Counted from the first letter of the stretch, positions 18,019-28,750 are shown. The stretch: 64,000 bases of DNA from an archaeon GW2011_AR15 (GCA_000830295.1 CP010425.1:256001-320000); one strand, 5' to 3'. Numbers and translations: made by a program. Notes: generated by a model not told the origin, from the letters alone.

Positions 18019-19539
18019 ATGAGCAGGGGGATAGTTATCTCCGGGAAATTCGGGGAGATAGTCGTAAGGCAGAAGCACGGCGAGGAGATTGAACTCGGGG
18101 AGCTTCTTATAGCGGAAAACAAAAGCGCAAAGATTCTTTTGCAGGCATATGATCTCGTATACGGCTCGCAGCTGTCTGCCTCCAATCTTGAGCTTGTCTC
18201 GGGAATGAAGCTTGAAGAGGATTCTGACCTGATGCTTATGGACGAGAAGCTGAGGAATTACACTCTTGCCCTGCTGAAAAACCTAATAACAATAACTCCA
18301 AAAAATGCAAGATCCTCAAAATCCCTGCCTGAGTTCTTTTCATCTGTAAGGGAAGTGAAAAAAGAAGACCTTGGTTTCATAACAAAGCCTGATGCCCCTT
18401 TGTTTGTCGGCAGGCTGAGGTCCGGCAGCAAGATTCTTGATTTTGACATTTTCCTTCCGGGCAAAGATGTATTCAGCCACCACATACTCATCCCTGCAAC
18501 AACAGGAAGAGGAAAAAGCAACCTTACCAGTTTAATGCTCTGGGACTGCCTTGACAAGAATTATGCAGGCGTGCTTGTCCTTGATCCTCATGATGAATAT
18601 TACGGCAGGAATAAATTGGGGCTGAAAGACCACCCCAAAAAAGAAAACCTTGCGTATTATTCTTCTGAGCCTCCTGCAGGAGGAAGAAGCCTGAGAATAA
18701 ATCTCAGCCATGTGAAGCCGTGGCATTTCAACGGCGCTGCTGACTGGTCCCCTGCGCAGAAAGAGGCGCTCTCTGCACTCTACAAAAGATACAACAAAGA
18801 CTGGATAAAGTTTGCGCTCACAATCCCTGACCATGAGGGATTCCAAGAAGGGACTCTGGCTGTAATAAGAAGGAGGCTCTCCTCCCTGCTTGATCTGGAT
18901 TCTGACGGAAGCAGTGTATTCTGCAACGGCATATTTGACATGCAGGCAGGCCAGACAACCATCTCAGACATCTGCAGTGACCTTGAGAAAGGGAAAGTTG
19001 TTGTCGTGGATACTTCTGATTTTTCAGGGAGTGTGGAAATACTTATAGGAAGCCTGATAGCGACAGAAATACTGAACAAGTACAAGAGCCACAAGAACAA
19101 GGGAATTCTGAAGGACAAGCCTGTGATATCAATAGTGCTGGAGGAAGCTCCGAGAGTTTTGGGGAAGCAAGTTCTTGAAAGCGGGCCCAATATATTTTCT
19201 ACAATTGCAAGGGAAGGAAGGAAGTTCAAGGTCGGGCTGACAGCAATAACGCAGCTGCCTTCCCTGATTCCAAGAGAGATACTTGCAAATATGAACACAA
19301 AAATAATCCTGGGAATAGAAATGGCTCCTGAACGCCAGGCAATAATAGATTCCGCATCCCAGGACCTGAGCTCTGACAGCAGGGCAATTGCATCGCTTGA
19401 CAAGGGGGAGGCGATAATAAGCAGCAACTTCACAAAGTTTGCAATACCTGTAAAAATTCCCTTATTTGAGGATTATGTCAGGTCAAGGCCAAAGGAAAAG
19501 AAAGATGCCATTGATTTTGAAGGGGTAAATTTAAGCTAG
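18019..19539 (+). CDS. herA: HerA bipolar helicase-like ATPase
   Basis: N-terminal barrel, [36 protein letters not shown]. Confidence 0.9.
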   Translation: MSRGIVISGKFGEIVVRQKHGEEIELGELLIAENKSAKILLQAYDLVYGSQLSASNLELVSGMKLEEDSDLMLMDEKLRNYTLALLKNLITITPKNARSSKSLPEFFSSVREVKKEDLGFITKPDAPLFVGRLRSGSKILDFDIFLPGKDVFSHHILIPATTGRGKSNLTSLMLWDCLDKNYAGVLVLDPHDEYYGRNKLGLKDHPKKENLAYYSSEPPAGGRSLRINLSHVKPWHFNGAADWSPAQKEALSALYKRYNKDWIKFALTIPDHEGFQEGTLAVIRRRLSSLLDLDSDGSSVFCNGIFDMQAGQTTISDICSDLEKGKVVVVDTSDFSGSVEILIGSLIATEILNKYKSHKNKGILKDKPVISIVLEEAPRVLGKQVLESGPNIFSTIAREGRKFKVGLTAITQLPSLIPREILANMNTKIILGIEMAPERQAIIDSASQDLSSDSRAIASLDKGEAIISSNFTKFAIPVKIPLFEDYVRSRPKEKKDAIDFEGVNLS

Positions 19540-19922
19540 TTCTGTTTCTCCAAGTTTCTGTTTAAGGCATAAAAGTCCTGATGGACAAATGCAGAAACAA
19601 AATACGGGCCGTCTATTTTTGCTCCTCTAAACAATAGCCTGTAAGGGTCTTCGGATACTGTTCTGTCGCTTTCTTCTGTAAGTGGGACAAGAACTGTTTT
19701 TTCATTATCCAGCTGCCCGAGGAGTGCTGTTAATCCTCCTTCAGGATATCCCTCTTTTTTTCCTACGCATATCATTCTCATGCCGGACCAGAATTCTGAA
19801 TAGGCATACTCCCTCTCCCCAAGCAGATAAATGCCTAAAACCTCATCATACCCATTTTCTGACAGCTTTGGCAGCAAAGATGCATTTGCAATTTCAGCAG
19901 CCTGCAATGATATGTCTGGCAT
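19536..19922 (-). CDS. Hypothetical protein
   Basis: 128-aa ATG ORF downstream of the 19944-20738 gene. Confidence 0.6.
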   Translation of the reverse strand: MPDISLQAAEIANASLLPKLSENGYDEVLGIYLLGEREYAYSEFWSGMRMICVGKKEGYPEGGLTALLGQLDNEKTVLVPLTEESDRTVSEDPYRLLFRGAKIDGPYFVSAFVHQDFYALNRNLEKQN

Positions 19923-19943
19923 TTTAGCATGGCGTAACTACAA

Positions 19944-20738
19944 TTAATTTAAAAAGATATCCCAGAAGCGGGCTGTTTTCTCTCTCCGGTATTTTGCATA
20001 TTTAACGCCGAGATATGCCAGCCCGAGTGCTGCAGGAATTCCAAGTTCAAGCAGGCTGAAGTTATTTACACCATTTGTGATGCTGTTCATGAACTCCGAA
20101 AACTGCTCTGCCAGCGGCCCTCTCAGAGAGCCGTGCCGGAACGTGTCAATAAGCAGATGAGAGACCGCAACCTGCGCTCCGTAATAGAATGCACCATACG
20201 CCACATATCTTAACTTGTCTGATATTGGCGTCTCTTTTGGAATCGACTTATAATATAATATCCCACCTATAATCCCAGCTATAACCACTCCATAAATGCT
20301 GTGCAGGGCAGGCGTCCTGTGGCATGCCCACTCGTCACAGGCTGCTGCATAATTTTCCGGAACTCCTCCTCCGGCGCTTAGGCTCTGTGATGTGGCTGTA
20401 AGGGAGTCCGGAAGCCCAGGTATAGATGCCCCAGGAAATTTAATCCTGAGAAAGCTAACGTATGCTTCCTGGATTATAACATCAAGGTCAGGGAAATTCG
20501 ACATAAAATAGCCTAAAATTCCGGGGTTTTTGATATTTTCAAGCATCCATTTCGGACTTGCCTTTATCTTGTCTAATGCAGTTATTCCATCAGTATGCTC
20601 CCCTGCTATATCCTCTAGGCTCATGTATCTTTTTTTTCCTTTTACATCAGGCTCAAGAAGCTCGTTGGACAATTTGCCGAAAGAAATGCCTGAAGCCATG
20701 TGGACAAGAAAATTTGTGACATATGCAAGGTATGGCAT
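19944..20738 (-). CDS. Membrane-bound metal-dependent hydrolase (YdjM/YbcI-like)
   Basis: H...G, NFPDLD, HRTPALHS, SHLLID motifs plus TM segments. Confidence 0.75.
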   Translation of the reverse strand: MPYLAYVTNFLVHMASGISFGKLSNELLEPDVKGKKRYMSLEDIAGEHTDGITALDKIKASPKWMLENIKNPGILGYFMSNFPDLDVIIQEAYVSFLRIKFPGASIPGLPDSLTATSQSLSAGGGVPENYAAACDEWACHRTPALHSIYGVVIAGIIGGILYYKSIPKETPISDKLRYVAYGAFYYGAQVAVSHLLIDTFRHGSLRGPLAEQFSEFMNSITNGVNNFSLLELGIPAALGLAYLGVKYAKYRREKTARFWDIFLN

Positions 20739-20814
20739 TCTTTCCTGTGGGATTTATGACTATATTAAAAACTATCTAAATAATTTTAAATATACACAAG
20801 ATTACCTTATCTTC

Positions 20815-22029
20815 ATGAAATTCTCGCACATAGCAGACTGCCATATAGGCGGGTGGAGGGATCCGAAGCTGAAAGACCTCAATACGCAGGCTTTTTTCAG
20901 GGCACTCGATATCTCCCTGAAAGAAAAAGTTGATTTCATCGTGATTGGAGGAGACCTTTTCAATACCGCCCTTCCCGGCATAGACCGGCTTAAGGATGTT
21001 GTAAGGAAATTCAGGGAGCTGAAAGAAAAAAACGTGCCGGTATACCTTATTCCGGGAAGCCATGATTTTTCTCCTTCAGGAAAAACAATGCTGGATGTCC
21101 TTGAGGAGGCTGGGCTCTGCACCAATGTCGTCAAAGGGAGCGTCGAGAACAACAAGCTGAAGCTGAAATTCACAATAGACGAAAAAACAGGAGCAAAGAT
21201 AACAGGAATGCTCGGCAGGAGGGGAATGCTGGAAAGGACATACTATGAGGAGCTTGACAGGGCTTCGCTTGAAAAAGAGCCAGGATTCAAGATATTCCTT
21301 TTCCACACTGCAATAACCGAGCTGAAGCCGAAAGACATGGACCGGATGGATTCAGCACCAATCTCCCTGCTGCCGAAAGGGTTTGACTATTATGCAGGCG
21401 GGCACGTTCATATAGTGGAGAAGCTTGATATGCCTGGCTACAGGAATGTCGTCTATCCCGGGCCTTTATTCCCAAACAATTTCCATGAGCTTGAGGAATT
21501 AAAAGGCGGAGGGTTTTACATATATGACAACGGGGAAGTAAAGAGGCACGAGATTGCCATAAAAAAAGTTGTGAGCATAAGAGTTGATGCTCTGCATAAA
21601 AACTCTGAAAAAGTAACAGAAGAACTTCTTGACAAAGTGAAGAGGGATGCTGAAGAAGACTGCATTATACTTATACGCATATCAGGGGTTCTGCAAAGCG
21701 GCAGGGTCTCGGATATTGATTTCAAAAAAGTATACGATATTCTTGCTAAAAAAGATGTTTATTTTGTCATGAGAAACACTTCCGGGCTGGCAACAAAGGA
21801 ATTTGAAGAGGTAAAGATAGAAACAAGATCTGCTGAAGAGATTGAAGACCGGCTTATAGAAGAGCACCTTGGCCAGAGGGACGCTGCAGGCTGGGGAAAG
21901 GAAAAAGAAAGGAAGATGATAAAGGACCTGATGGTTGTGCTCAGCTCTGACAAAAAAGAGGGAGAAAAAGTCTATGAGTTTGAGGCAAGGATCAAGGACG
22001 AGTTAAACAAGTTGCTTGAGATTGATTAG
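20815..22029 (+). CDS. mre11: DNA double-strand break repair nuclease Mre11
   Basis: HIADCHIG, GGDLF, GSHD, FH, GGHVH; true start at ATG 20815. Confidence 0.92.
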   Translation: MKFSHIADCHIGGWRDPKLKDLNTQAFFRALDISLKEKVDFIVIGGDLFNTALPGIDRLKDVVRKFRELKEKNVPVYLIPGSHDFSPSGKTMLDVLEEAGLCTNVVKGSVENNKLKLKFTIDEKTGAKITGMLGRRGMLERTYYEELDRASLEKEPGFKIFLFHTAITELKPKDMDRMDSAPISLLPKGFDYYAGGHVHIVEKLDMPGYRNVVYPGPLFPNNFHELEELKGGGFYIYDNGEVKRHEIAIKKVVSIRVDALHKNSEKVTEELLDKVKRDAEEDCIILIRISGVLQSGRVSDIDFKKVYDILAKKDVYFVMRNTSGLATKEFEEVKIETRSAEEIEDRLIEEHLGQRDAAGWGKEKERKMIKDLMVVLSSDKKEGEKVYEFEARIKDELNKLLEID

Positions 22030-22925
22030 TGGCTGTTTCTTTGCCCGAAAATATTTCTCAGCCACTGCGCCTCTTCGATTGTTCCGTGCCTGTATCTTTC
22101 TTCAATCCATTCATGTCTTGCTGCCGGACTGGCATACTCAGGCTTAAGCTGCTGGGCTGAGAGGTTAACAATATCCATAAAGGTGTGATCAATATCAGCA
22201 ACGCTCAATACACTATTATCAATATACCTGTCAAAAATCCCTTTTTCTTTCTTTAATTTTTTTAGCGGATAGATATATTGCTGCGCCATAGGGAAAGCGT
22301 CCCTTGTCCACAGCTCATGGGTTTCTTCATATGTCCTGGGGACTTTATGTGCATCCCTTGCGAGCCTTCTCAGCCATCCGACATTTTCATTGCAGTCTAC
22401 AAACACCCTGTAAGGTATTAATTCCAGTATCCTCTCGCTTACTGCTGCAGGGTTTTCCAGGACAGGGATCTTTTTCTTGCCGCTTGCATAATCTCCCTTC
22501 ATTGGAACACCTGCAGAAAAGAGAAGGAAGCTTTCAACAAGAAGGACTTTATTTGCTCTTACTGTTATTTTTTCCCCTTTATATGTCCCTGTTAATTTAT
22601 CATATACATCTACTTCTGTTTCGCCTTTTGTCTTCAGCTCTTCAATGGCCGAGATAACCCTGCCATAGTCAATAAGATTAGGGTCGTCCCAGTTTACCTT
22701 AGATATTCTCTCGGGGTCGCTTGGGCTTCCCTCAATCCCCTGTATCTCAAAAACAACGTCAATCGGCCTGTAGAAATTATCAAGGTCTATAGCTGTTACA
22801 TCCTGGCCGTTCTGGTAAGTGAACTCAACAAGTGCGTCTCTTATTATCTGTGTAAGGGTGGATTTCCCGCTTGCACTCATACCAGTAAGTCCGCCTGTAA
22901 AAATATTGTCTATGGTTACCCCCAA
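22026..22925 (-). CDS. Uridine kinase / PRK family P-loop kinase
   Basis: GMSASGKST, DLDNFY, NWDDP, RRLARD; start uncertain. Confidence 0.75.
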   Translation of the reverse strand: MGVTIDNIFTGGLTGMSASGKSTLTQIIRDALVEFTYQNGQDVTAIDLDNFYRPIDVVFEIQGIEGSPSDPERISKVNWDDPNLIDYGRVISAIEELKTKGETEVDVYDKLTGTYKGEKITVRANKVLLVESFLLFSAGVPMKGDYASGKKKIPVLENPAAVSERILELIPYRVFVDCNENVGWLRRLARDAHKVPRTYEETHELWTRDAFPMAQQYIYPLKKLKKEKGIFDRYIDNSVLSVADIDHTFMDIVNLSAQQLKPEYASPAARHEWIEERYRHGTIEEAQWLRNIFGQRNSH

Positions 22926-22948
22926 TCAGACCCATTTTTTTACTATAT

Positions 22949-23044
22949 TTAAAGCTTTTTACTATCAGCCTTCTTTGCATCAGAAACAACTTCCCTGTCC
23001 AGCTGAGACTCAATCTCATTTATCAGGTCGAGGGTTTTTTTCAT
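22949..23044 (-). CDS. Putative 31-aa small protein or gene remnant
   Basis: MKKTLDLINEIESQLDREVVSDAKKADSKKL*, about 25 nt below a TTTAAA element. Confidence 0.35.
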   Translation of the reverse strand: MKKTLDLINEIESQLDREVVSDAKKADSKKL

Positions 23045-23099
23045 AACTAATCCAATGTATTTGGAGTTTAAATATTTTTCAGTAGGATGTCCAGTGCCT

Positions 23100-24287
23100 T
23101 TAGATATGTTTTTTCAGCTCATCAATTATTTTTTCTGAATCTTTCATATCAACAGCCCCCATTGCAAAATTATCCCTGCCTCCTCCCCTGCCGCCGAATT
23201 TAGAAAGGACTTTATTGAGGAGATCCGGGGTATTCAGCTTAAGGTCTTCTGATGCAGCCAGCAGTATTGCTGCCTTGTCACCTGTCCTGTTAACAAAGCA
23301 TACAATCGTCTTTTCTTTCAGGAGGGAGATGGCCTTGTCTGTCAGCTGCTTCTTCTCCACATCATCAACTGTGTTGTGTACTAATGTTATACCCTTTACT
23401 TTCTCCTCGCTGCTGAACTCCAGCAGCTTTGAGGACATCTCCCTGAATTTTTCCTTATAGCTTTCTGCTTCATCCTGCAGGCGCCTTACCAGATCAGGGA
23501 CTTCTGATGCATCTGATTTAAGCAGCGATGCTGATTTCCTGGCAACTGCCGCCATTGAAAACAGGCTTTCTAAGTTTCCTGTCCTGAACCTTATCTCCCA
23601 GCTTCCCTTGACAAAATTGAATCCTGTTATAACAAGGGAGCCGATATATCCTGTTGATCCGGCGTGTGTGCCTGCACATGCAGACCAGTCAAAATCCTTA
23701 ATCTCGACAACCCTGACAGTATCTGATTTTATCCTGTCTGCCTTTATCCTCAGTTTGCCGAGCCTGACAGCATCCTCTTTTTTGTATTCCTTCTCTATTA
23801 TCTCCCTGTCTTCACTTATTATTTTATTTACAAGTTCCTCTGCTTTGAAAAGCTTGTCCCATGTGGCTTCTTTTGTTTTGATAAAAAGAGAACTCTCATC
23901 TTCTGAAAGGTTTATTTTGTCCAGCTCAACATCTCCCAGGTTGATCTCAAGGCTTTTGAAAAGCACGTGCTCTCCTGTGTGCATTCTCACAAGTTTTTCC
24001 CTTCTTTCCCTGTTAAGCTTAAGAGTTGCTTTATCTCCTTTTTTCAGGCTGCCTTTTTTTGCTTTTATTTTGTGGATGACTTTATCATTTTCCTTCCATG
24101 CCTCGACAACCTCCCCTGAGAAAGATGCTGTTTCTATAGTCCCTGTATCGCACGGCTGCCCGCCGCCTCCGGGGTAAAAAATAGTGTCTTTTAGCTCCGT
24201 AAAAATGAATCCCTCTTTAGCCTCCGCACTAACAACTTCATCCTCTGCTTCAAACAAGAACGCGTTCTGGTAGCGGTGCATCTGCAT
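23100..24287 (-). CDS. Alanyl-tRNA editing protein AlaX-L (editing + C-Ala/DHHA1 domain)
   Basis: FYPGGGGQPCD, HTGEH and CAGTH zinc motifs, GGRGGG DHHA1 tail; no aminoacylation domain. Confidence 0.9.
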   Translation of the reverse strand: MQMHRYQNAFLFEAEDEVVSAEAKEGFIFTELKDTIFYPGGGGQPCDTGTIETASFSGEVVEAWKENDKVIHKIKAKKGSLKKGDKATLKLNRERREKLVRMHTGEHVLFKSLEINLGDVELDKINLSEDESSLFIKTKEATWDKLFKAEELVNKIISEDREIIEKEYKKEDAVRLGKLRIKADRIKSDTVRVVEIKDFDWSACAGTHAGSTGYIGSLVITGFNFVKGSWEIRFRTGNLESLFSMAAVARKSASLLKSDASEVPDLVRRLQDEAESYKEKFREMSSKLLEFSSEEKVKGITLVHNTVDDVEKKQLTDKAISLLKEKTIVCFVNRTGDKAAILLAASEDLKLNTPDLLNKVLSKFGGRGGGRDNFAMGAVDMKDSEKIIDELKKHI

Positions 24288-24313
24288 TGGAAAGCTGCAT
24301 TAGTTTATAAAAA

Positions 24314-25699
24314 TTATAGATTGATAAGCTTCTTCAGGGTTTCTTTTACCTCTTTAGGGTCTGCCTTTCCGCCTGATTTCCTCATCACACTGCCGAGTAT
24401 GAAGTTAAGCGCTATATCCTTTCCTGATTTGTAGTCTGAGACTGCCTGAAGGTTCTCGGCTATTGCCTCCCTGCAGTATTTTTCAATCATCCTTAAATCT
24501 GAGACTGCCCCGAGCTTTTCTTTCTTCACATACGATTCAACATCAATATCGTCGACTGCCAGCTTCTCGAGTATTTTCTGGGCTGTTGCGTCTGTTATCT
24601 TTTTCTTTTCCAGCAGCTGCAGGAGGGATATAAACTGGGCCTGGTTTATTTTCATTTCCGATGTGTCTATTTTATTGTAGTTTAAGACGCGCATAAGTTC
24701 TCCCCTTATCCATCTGGCTGCCAGCACAGGCCTGGTTTTTTCCACTGCTTTCTCAAATATCTGGGCCAGGGAAAATTCTCCTGCCAGGATTCGCGCATCA
24801 TCCTCGGATAATCTGTATTCTTTGGTATACCTCCTGCGTTTCTTATCAGGAAGTTCAGGCAGCTTTTTTTCCAGCTCTTCTCTTTCTATATCTATGGGCA
24901 CGAGATCAGGGTCAAAGATATATCCATAGTCTTCTTCTGTTTCTTTTTTTCTCAGCAGCTGCGTCATCCCTTTCTCTGCGTCCCATGACCTTGTCTCCTG
25001 GGAGCTTATCCCTTCATGCTTCTGCCTTGCTATCTCATACTCAAGCGCCTTCTCTATCTCCCTGAACCCTGTGATGTTCTTTATCTCCGCCCTTTTGTAC
25101 CCTGTTTCCTTTATCGAGATATTTGCGTCCGCCTTGATTATGTTTTTTGAAGGGTCAAATGCCCCAAGGTATCTCAAAAGAGTTATCAGGGCTTTCAGGA
25201 ATTCTCTTGCCTCTTCAGGGCTGGCGATGTCCGGCTCTGTGACTATCTCAGCCAATGGGTTCCCTGACCTGTTGTAATCAACAAGGACATAGCCTGCTTT
25301 TCCTATGCCTCCGGGATGTATCATTGAGGCGGGGTCTTCCTCTATGTGCAGCCTCTTTATCCTTATTCTCTTCCCGCTGATATCAATACTGCCGTTTTCT
25401 CCGATGGGGACTTCATACTGTGTTATCTGGTAGTTTTTGGCTAAGTCAGGGTAGAAATAGCTTTTCCTCGAGAAAATCACCTGCTTTGCCAGCCTGCAGT
25501 TCAGCGCCATTGCAAGCTTTGCTGCATGCTCAACTGCTTTTTTATTTGCAACCGGCTTGCTTCCCGGGTGACCGAGGCATACTGGGCATGTTCTTGTGTT
25601 CGGCTCCTCTTCTCCCTGCGTTGGGCATGCGCAGAAAAGCTTGGATTCTGTGTTCAGCTCTGCATGCACTTCCAGCCCTATGACAACTTCCCCTTTCAC
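24314..25699 (-). CDS. gatB: Asp/Glu-tRNA amidotransferase subunit B
   Basis: GLEVH, KLFC, RKSYFYPDL, HIEED, DYNRSG, EIVTEPD. Confidence 0.97.
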   Translation of the reverse strand: MKGEVVIGLEVHAELNTESKLFCACPTQGEEEPNTRTCPVCLGHPGSKPVANKKAVEHAAKLAMALNCRLAKQVIFSRKSYFYPDLAKNYQITQYEVPIGENGSIDISGKRIRIKRLHIEEDPASMIHPGGIGKAGYVLVDYNRSGNPLAEIVTEPDIASPEEAREFLKALITLLRYLGAFDPSKNIIKADANISIKETGYKRAEIKNITGFREIEKALEYEIARQKHEGISSQETRSWDAEKGMTQLLRKKETEEDYGYIFDPDLVPIDIEREELEKKLPELPDKKRRRYTKEYRLSEDDARILAGEFSLAQIFEKAVEKTRPVLAARWIRGELMRVLNYNKIDTSEMKINQAQFISLLQLLEKKKITDATAQKILEKLAVDDIDVESYVKKEKLGAVSDLRMIEKYCREAIAENLQAVSDYKSGKDIALNFILGSVMRKSGGKADPKEVKETLKKLINL

Positions 25700-26496
25700 T
25701 TCAGCATCCTCTTTATCTTTCTTATTTTTTTTCTTGCTTCCTCTTCTCCCAGCCGGATATATTTCTCTGCCTTATGGAATGCAAACGTGTCTGCTTTATT
25801 TCCCCCTATGCCTATGAGCACGACATTGCCGTTGTGCGTATATTCTTCGCCGTACTGGGACAGGTTGGAGAGGGCTATTTCATATGTCCTTTCAAGCACT
25901 TTCCAGATGCGGTTATACTTTGCCTTTCCTGTTTTCTGGACCTTGAAAAGGTCTACAGCAATTATGATCTCTGCGCCCATTTCCCTTACCAGGTCAATTG
26001 GTGTGGCATTTGTAAGCCCGCCGTCCACAAGTGTTTTCCCTTTGTATCTTACAGGCGGGAATACCCCGGGGAATGTTGAGGAGGCCATGGCTGCATCAAC
26101 AATCCTGCCTGAGTTTATTGTCATTTTTGAGCCGTCCTCAAGCACGCTCACACCTACTGACAGCGGTATTTTTGTGTGCCTGAATTTTTTGTTCCTGTAT
26201 AATTTCTTCAGGAAATGCCTTAGCCTGTCTCCCTTAAGCATTGATATCCCCGGCCTGTTGAGGTCCACCAGGTTCAGGAGCTCCCTCTTGGTGAATGAAA
26301 GAGATTCTTTTTCAATCCCAGCTATGTCAAGGTTGAGGGCATAATATGCTGCGATTATCGCTCCCATGCTTGTCCCTGCTATATAGTCTATAGGGATATT
26401 GTGCTCCTGTAAAGCTTTTATCACGCCGATGTGGGCAAATCCCCTTGCCCCTCCGCTGCCGAGCGCAAGCCCGACTTTCTTTCTTCTATGGTTCAT
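25696..26496 (-). CDS. Patatin-like phospholipase
   Basis: GSGGARG, GTSMG nucleophile, DGG; 4-nt overlaps with gatA and gatB. Confidence 0.93.
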   Translation of the reverse strand: MNHRRKKVGLALGSGGARGFAHIGVIKALQEHNIPIDYIAGTSMGAIIAAYYALNLDIAGIEKESLSFTKRELLNLVDLNRPGISMLKGDRLRHFLKKLYRNKKFRHTKIPLSVGVSVLEDGSKMTINSGRIVDAAMASSTFPGVFPPVRYKGKTLVDGGLTNATPIDLVREMGAEIIIAVDLFKVQKTGKAKYNRIWKVLERTYEIALSNLSQYGEEYTHNGNVVLIGIGGNKADTFAFHKAEKYIRLGEEEARKKIRKIKRMLK

Positions 26497-27863
26497 TTCA
26501 ATGACCTCGCAAAATCTATTATCTTTTTTTCCTGGAAATGGTCTGCTATTATCAGCATTCCTGTAGGCATGCCTTTGCTGAATCCTGATGGCATGCTTAA
26601 ATGGGGGAACCCTGCAAGATTCGGCCCCACAGTCATTATATCCATCATATAATTTTCAAGCGGGGTCATCTTATCTATTTCCGAGAATTTCGGGGCTATG
26701 TTCGGCATTGCGGGTGTTACAACAATGTCATATTTTCTGAAATGCTGCCTGTATTCCTCTATTATTTTCGTCCTTACCTGCAGAGCCTTCATGTAGAATG
26801 CGTCCCTGAATCCTGACATCCTCGCAAATGTTCCCAGTATAATGCGCCTTTTCTCTTCCTTTGAAAAGTTTTTGCTCCTCACTCCTGAAAAATATTCATT
26901 GAAGTTCCCCTCAAGCTTCTCATGCTTCCCATACCTCATGCCACAGTATTTTGCAAGGTTTGTTGATGCCTCTGACAGGGAGATAAGGTAATAGGCCTGT
27001 ATCCCGTATCTAAAAGTGAGCGGAAGGGAGACTTCTTCATATTTCAGCTTGCCGAGCTTTGCAATAAGGTTTTTTTTCACATCCTGCTCAACGCCTTTTC
27101 CAAGCGACTCCTTTACAACAGCAACCCTGAATCTTGAATCTGATTTTTCTGTATATTTTTCAGCTGGAAGGTCTTTTGAGGTTGAATCCCTCTCATCATA
27201 GCCTGAGATGATTTCCATAACCAGTGCAACATCTTCAATATCCTTTGCCATCACGCCTATCTTGTCCATGCTGTTGGCGTAGTCCATCAGCCCGTATCTT
27301 GAGACCCTTCCGTAAGTCGGCGTCATCCCATAGACTCCGCAGTAGCATGCAGGCGCTGCTATGCTTCCCCCTGTGCTTTCTGAGATTGCTATATGGGGCA
27401 GTTCTGATTTCTGCACCATGCCTGCCGCCCCTCCTGATGAGCCTCCTGTTGCCCTGGTTTTGTCAAAGGGGTTTTTGGGGACTTTATAGCCTATCCCGAC
27501 ATTGACGTTGAAAGAGCCGAAGCCAAAGACATCCTGAGCTGTTTTTCCGACAATTACGCCGCCTTCTGCCTTTATTTTTTCAATTGCTGCTGCATCAAAT
27601 ACCGGCTCATATCCCTCAAGTATTTTTGAGCCTGCTCTGCTCTCAAGGCCCTTGACGCAGATGCAGTCCTTGACAGAAACAGGCAGGCCATACAATCTGC
27701 CTTTCTTCAGTTCCTTTGCCTGCTTCGGGGCATCCTCATTGAATTTCAGAAAATAGTGGTAATCGCTGTCAATCTTCTTTGATTCTTCAAGGAATTTTTT
27801 CGTGTTTTTAACAGGGTCAATCTTTCCTGATTTTGCCTGCCTCACGAATTCTGCCGCATTCAT
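26493..27863 (-). CDS. gatA: Asp/Glu-tRNA amidotransferase subunit A
   Basis: VSVKD, GGSSGG, STGGSI amidase signature, RRIILGTF. Confidence 0.96.
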   Translation of the reverse strand: MNAAEFVRQAKSGKIDPVKNTKKFLEESKKIDSDYHYFLKFNEDAPKQAKELKKGRLYGLPVSVKDCICVKGLESRAGSKILEGYEPVFDAAAIEKIKAEGGVIVGKTAQDVFGFGSFNVNVGIGYKVPKNPFDKTRATGGSSGGAAGMVQKSELPHIAISESTGGSIAAPACYCGVYGMTPTYGRVSRYGLMDYANSMDKIGVMAKDIEDVALVMEIISGYDERDSTSKDLPAEKYTEKSDSRFRVAVVKESLGKGVEQDVKKNLIAKLGKLKYEEVSLPLTFRYGIQAYYLISLSEASTNLAKYCGMRYGKHEKLEGNFNEYFSGVRSKNFSKEEKRRIILGTFARMSGFRDAFYMKALQVRTKIIEEYRQHFRKYDIVVTPAMPNIAPKFSEIDKMTPLENYMMDIMTVGPNLAGFPHLSMPSGFSKGMPTGMLIIADHFQEKKIIDFARSLK

Positions 27864-28144
27864 AATATCCTCGGCCCCCTGAAATAGCCGTCTTTCCTGT
27901 GCTCAGTGTTTTTCAGCGCGTCCTCATTTGTCAGGCAGGATGCTGCCCTGTCTTCTCTCACATGGTTCTTAAGCTCAACAGGATGGTAGCTCGGTCTGGT
28001 GTTTTTTGTGTCAACCTTCTGTATCTCAGAAAACGCTTCAATTATCTCCTTCAGCTGCGGCAGGAATTCCCTTATCTCTTTTTCTGTAAGCTCAAGCCTT
28101 GCAACCTCAGCAACATGCTTAAGCAATTCCTTGTCTACTTCCAT
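27860..28144 (-). CDS. gatC: Asp/Glu-tRNA amidotransferase subunit C
   Basis: VARLEL, REDR, DGYFRGPRIL. Confidence 0.95.
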   Translation of the reverse strand: MEVDKELLKHVAEVARLELTEKEIREFLPQLKEIIEAFSEIQKVDTKNTRPSYHPVELKNHVREDRAASCLTNEDALKNTEHRKDGYFRGPRIL

Positions 28145-28186
28145 CAGAGAGAGTGTATTCGGCGGGATATTTAAAAGTTATTGGTG

Positions 28187-28750
28187 TTATATCTCAAGGT
28201 CTTTGATATTCTCTGCATTAAGGACATTGTATCCTGCACGTTTCGCAATAGCGAGGATAGCAGAAGAATCATCTATCACTATGGCTGTTTCCGGGAAGAT
28301 GTTATGCTTCTTTGCCAGGGTGACCCAGAAAAGCACAGTGTCTTTTTTTCCTGCTTCAATGAAATCAACATATTCCATAAGCCCGAACCTGCCCAGAAAA
28401 ATCTCAATTGTCCTGGGCTGCGAACTGCTCACTATCCCTATTTTTTTCCCTTTTGATTTAATCTTCCTGAATATTTCCGGGATGCTTTTTGTTTTCAGGG
28501 CAAATTCATGCCTGGCGTATTTTTCAAGAATCTTATAGTACAGTTCTGTTGCATTGAGGTTTTTTGAAAGGTCAAAGCTGTCTGTTTTTTCAGTGCCTGC
28601 GCCTTCCCTGATTTCAGACATCAATTTCCTGAGCTCTGCCTCTTCTTTTCCTGTATGGCCTGCAAGCGCCCTTATGAGCTCCCAATGCATCTTCTCGTAT
28701 ATTGATGAATCCACAATGGTGTCATTCATGTCAAAGAGGTATGTTTCCAT
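28187..28750 (-). CDS. HAD-family hydrolase
   Basis: LFDMNDTIVDS (DxN variant of motif I), IVSS, VIDDS. Confidence 0.85.
   Translation of the reverse strand: METYLFDMNDTIVDSSIYEKMHWELIRALAGHTGKEEAELRKLMSEIREGAGTEKTDSFDLSKNLNATELYYKILEKYARHEFALKTKSIPEIFRKIKSKGKKIGIVSSSQPRTIEIFLGRFGLMEYVDFIEAGKKDTVLFWVTLAKKHNIFPETAIVIDDSSAILAIAKRAGYNVLNAENIKDLEI

Noticed and set aside
20530-20814. 95-aa N-terminal extension of Mre11 in the ORF track
   Set aside because: Antisense overlap with the 19944-20738 gene; phosphoesterase motif I starts at ATG 20815.
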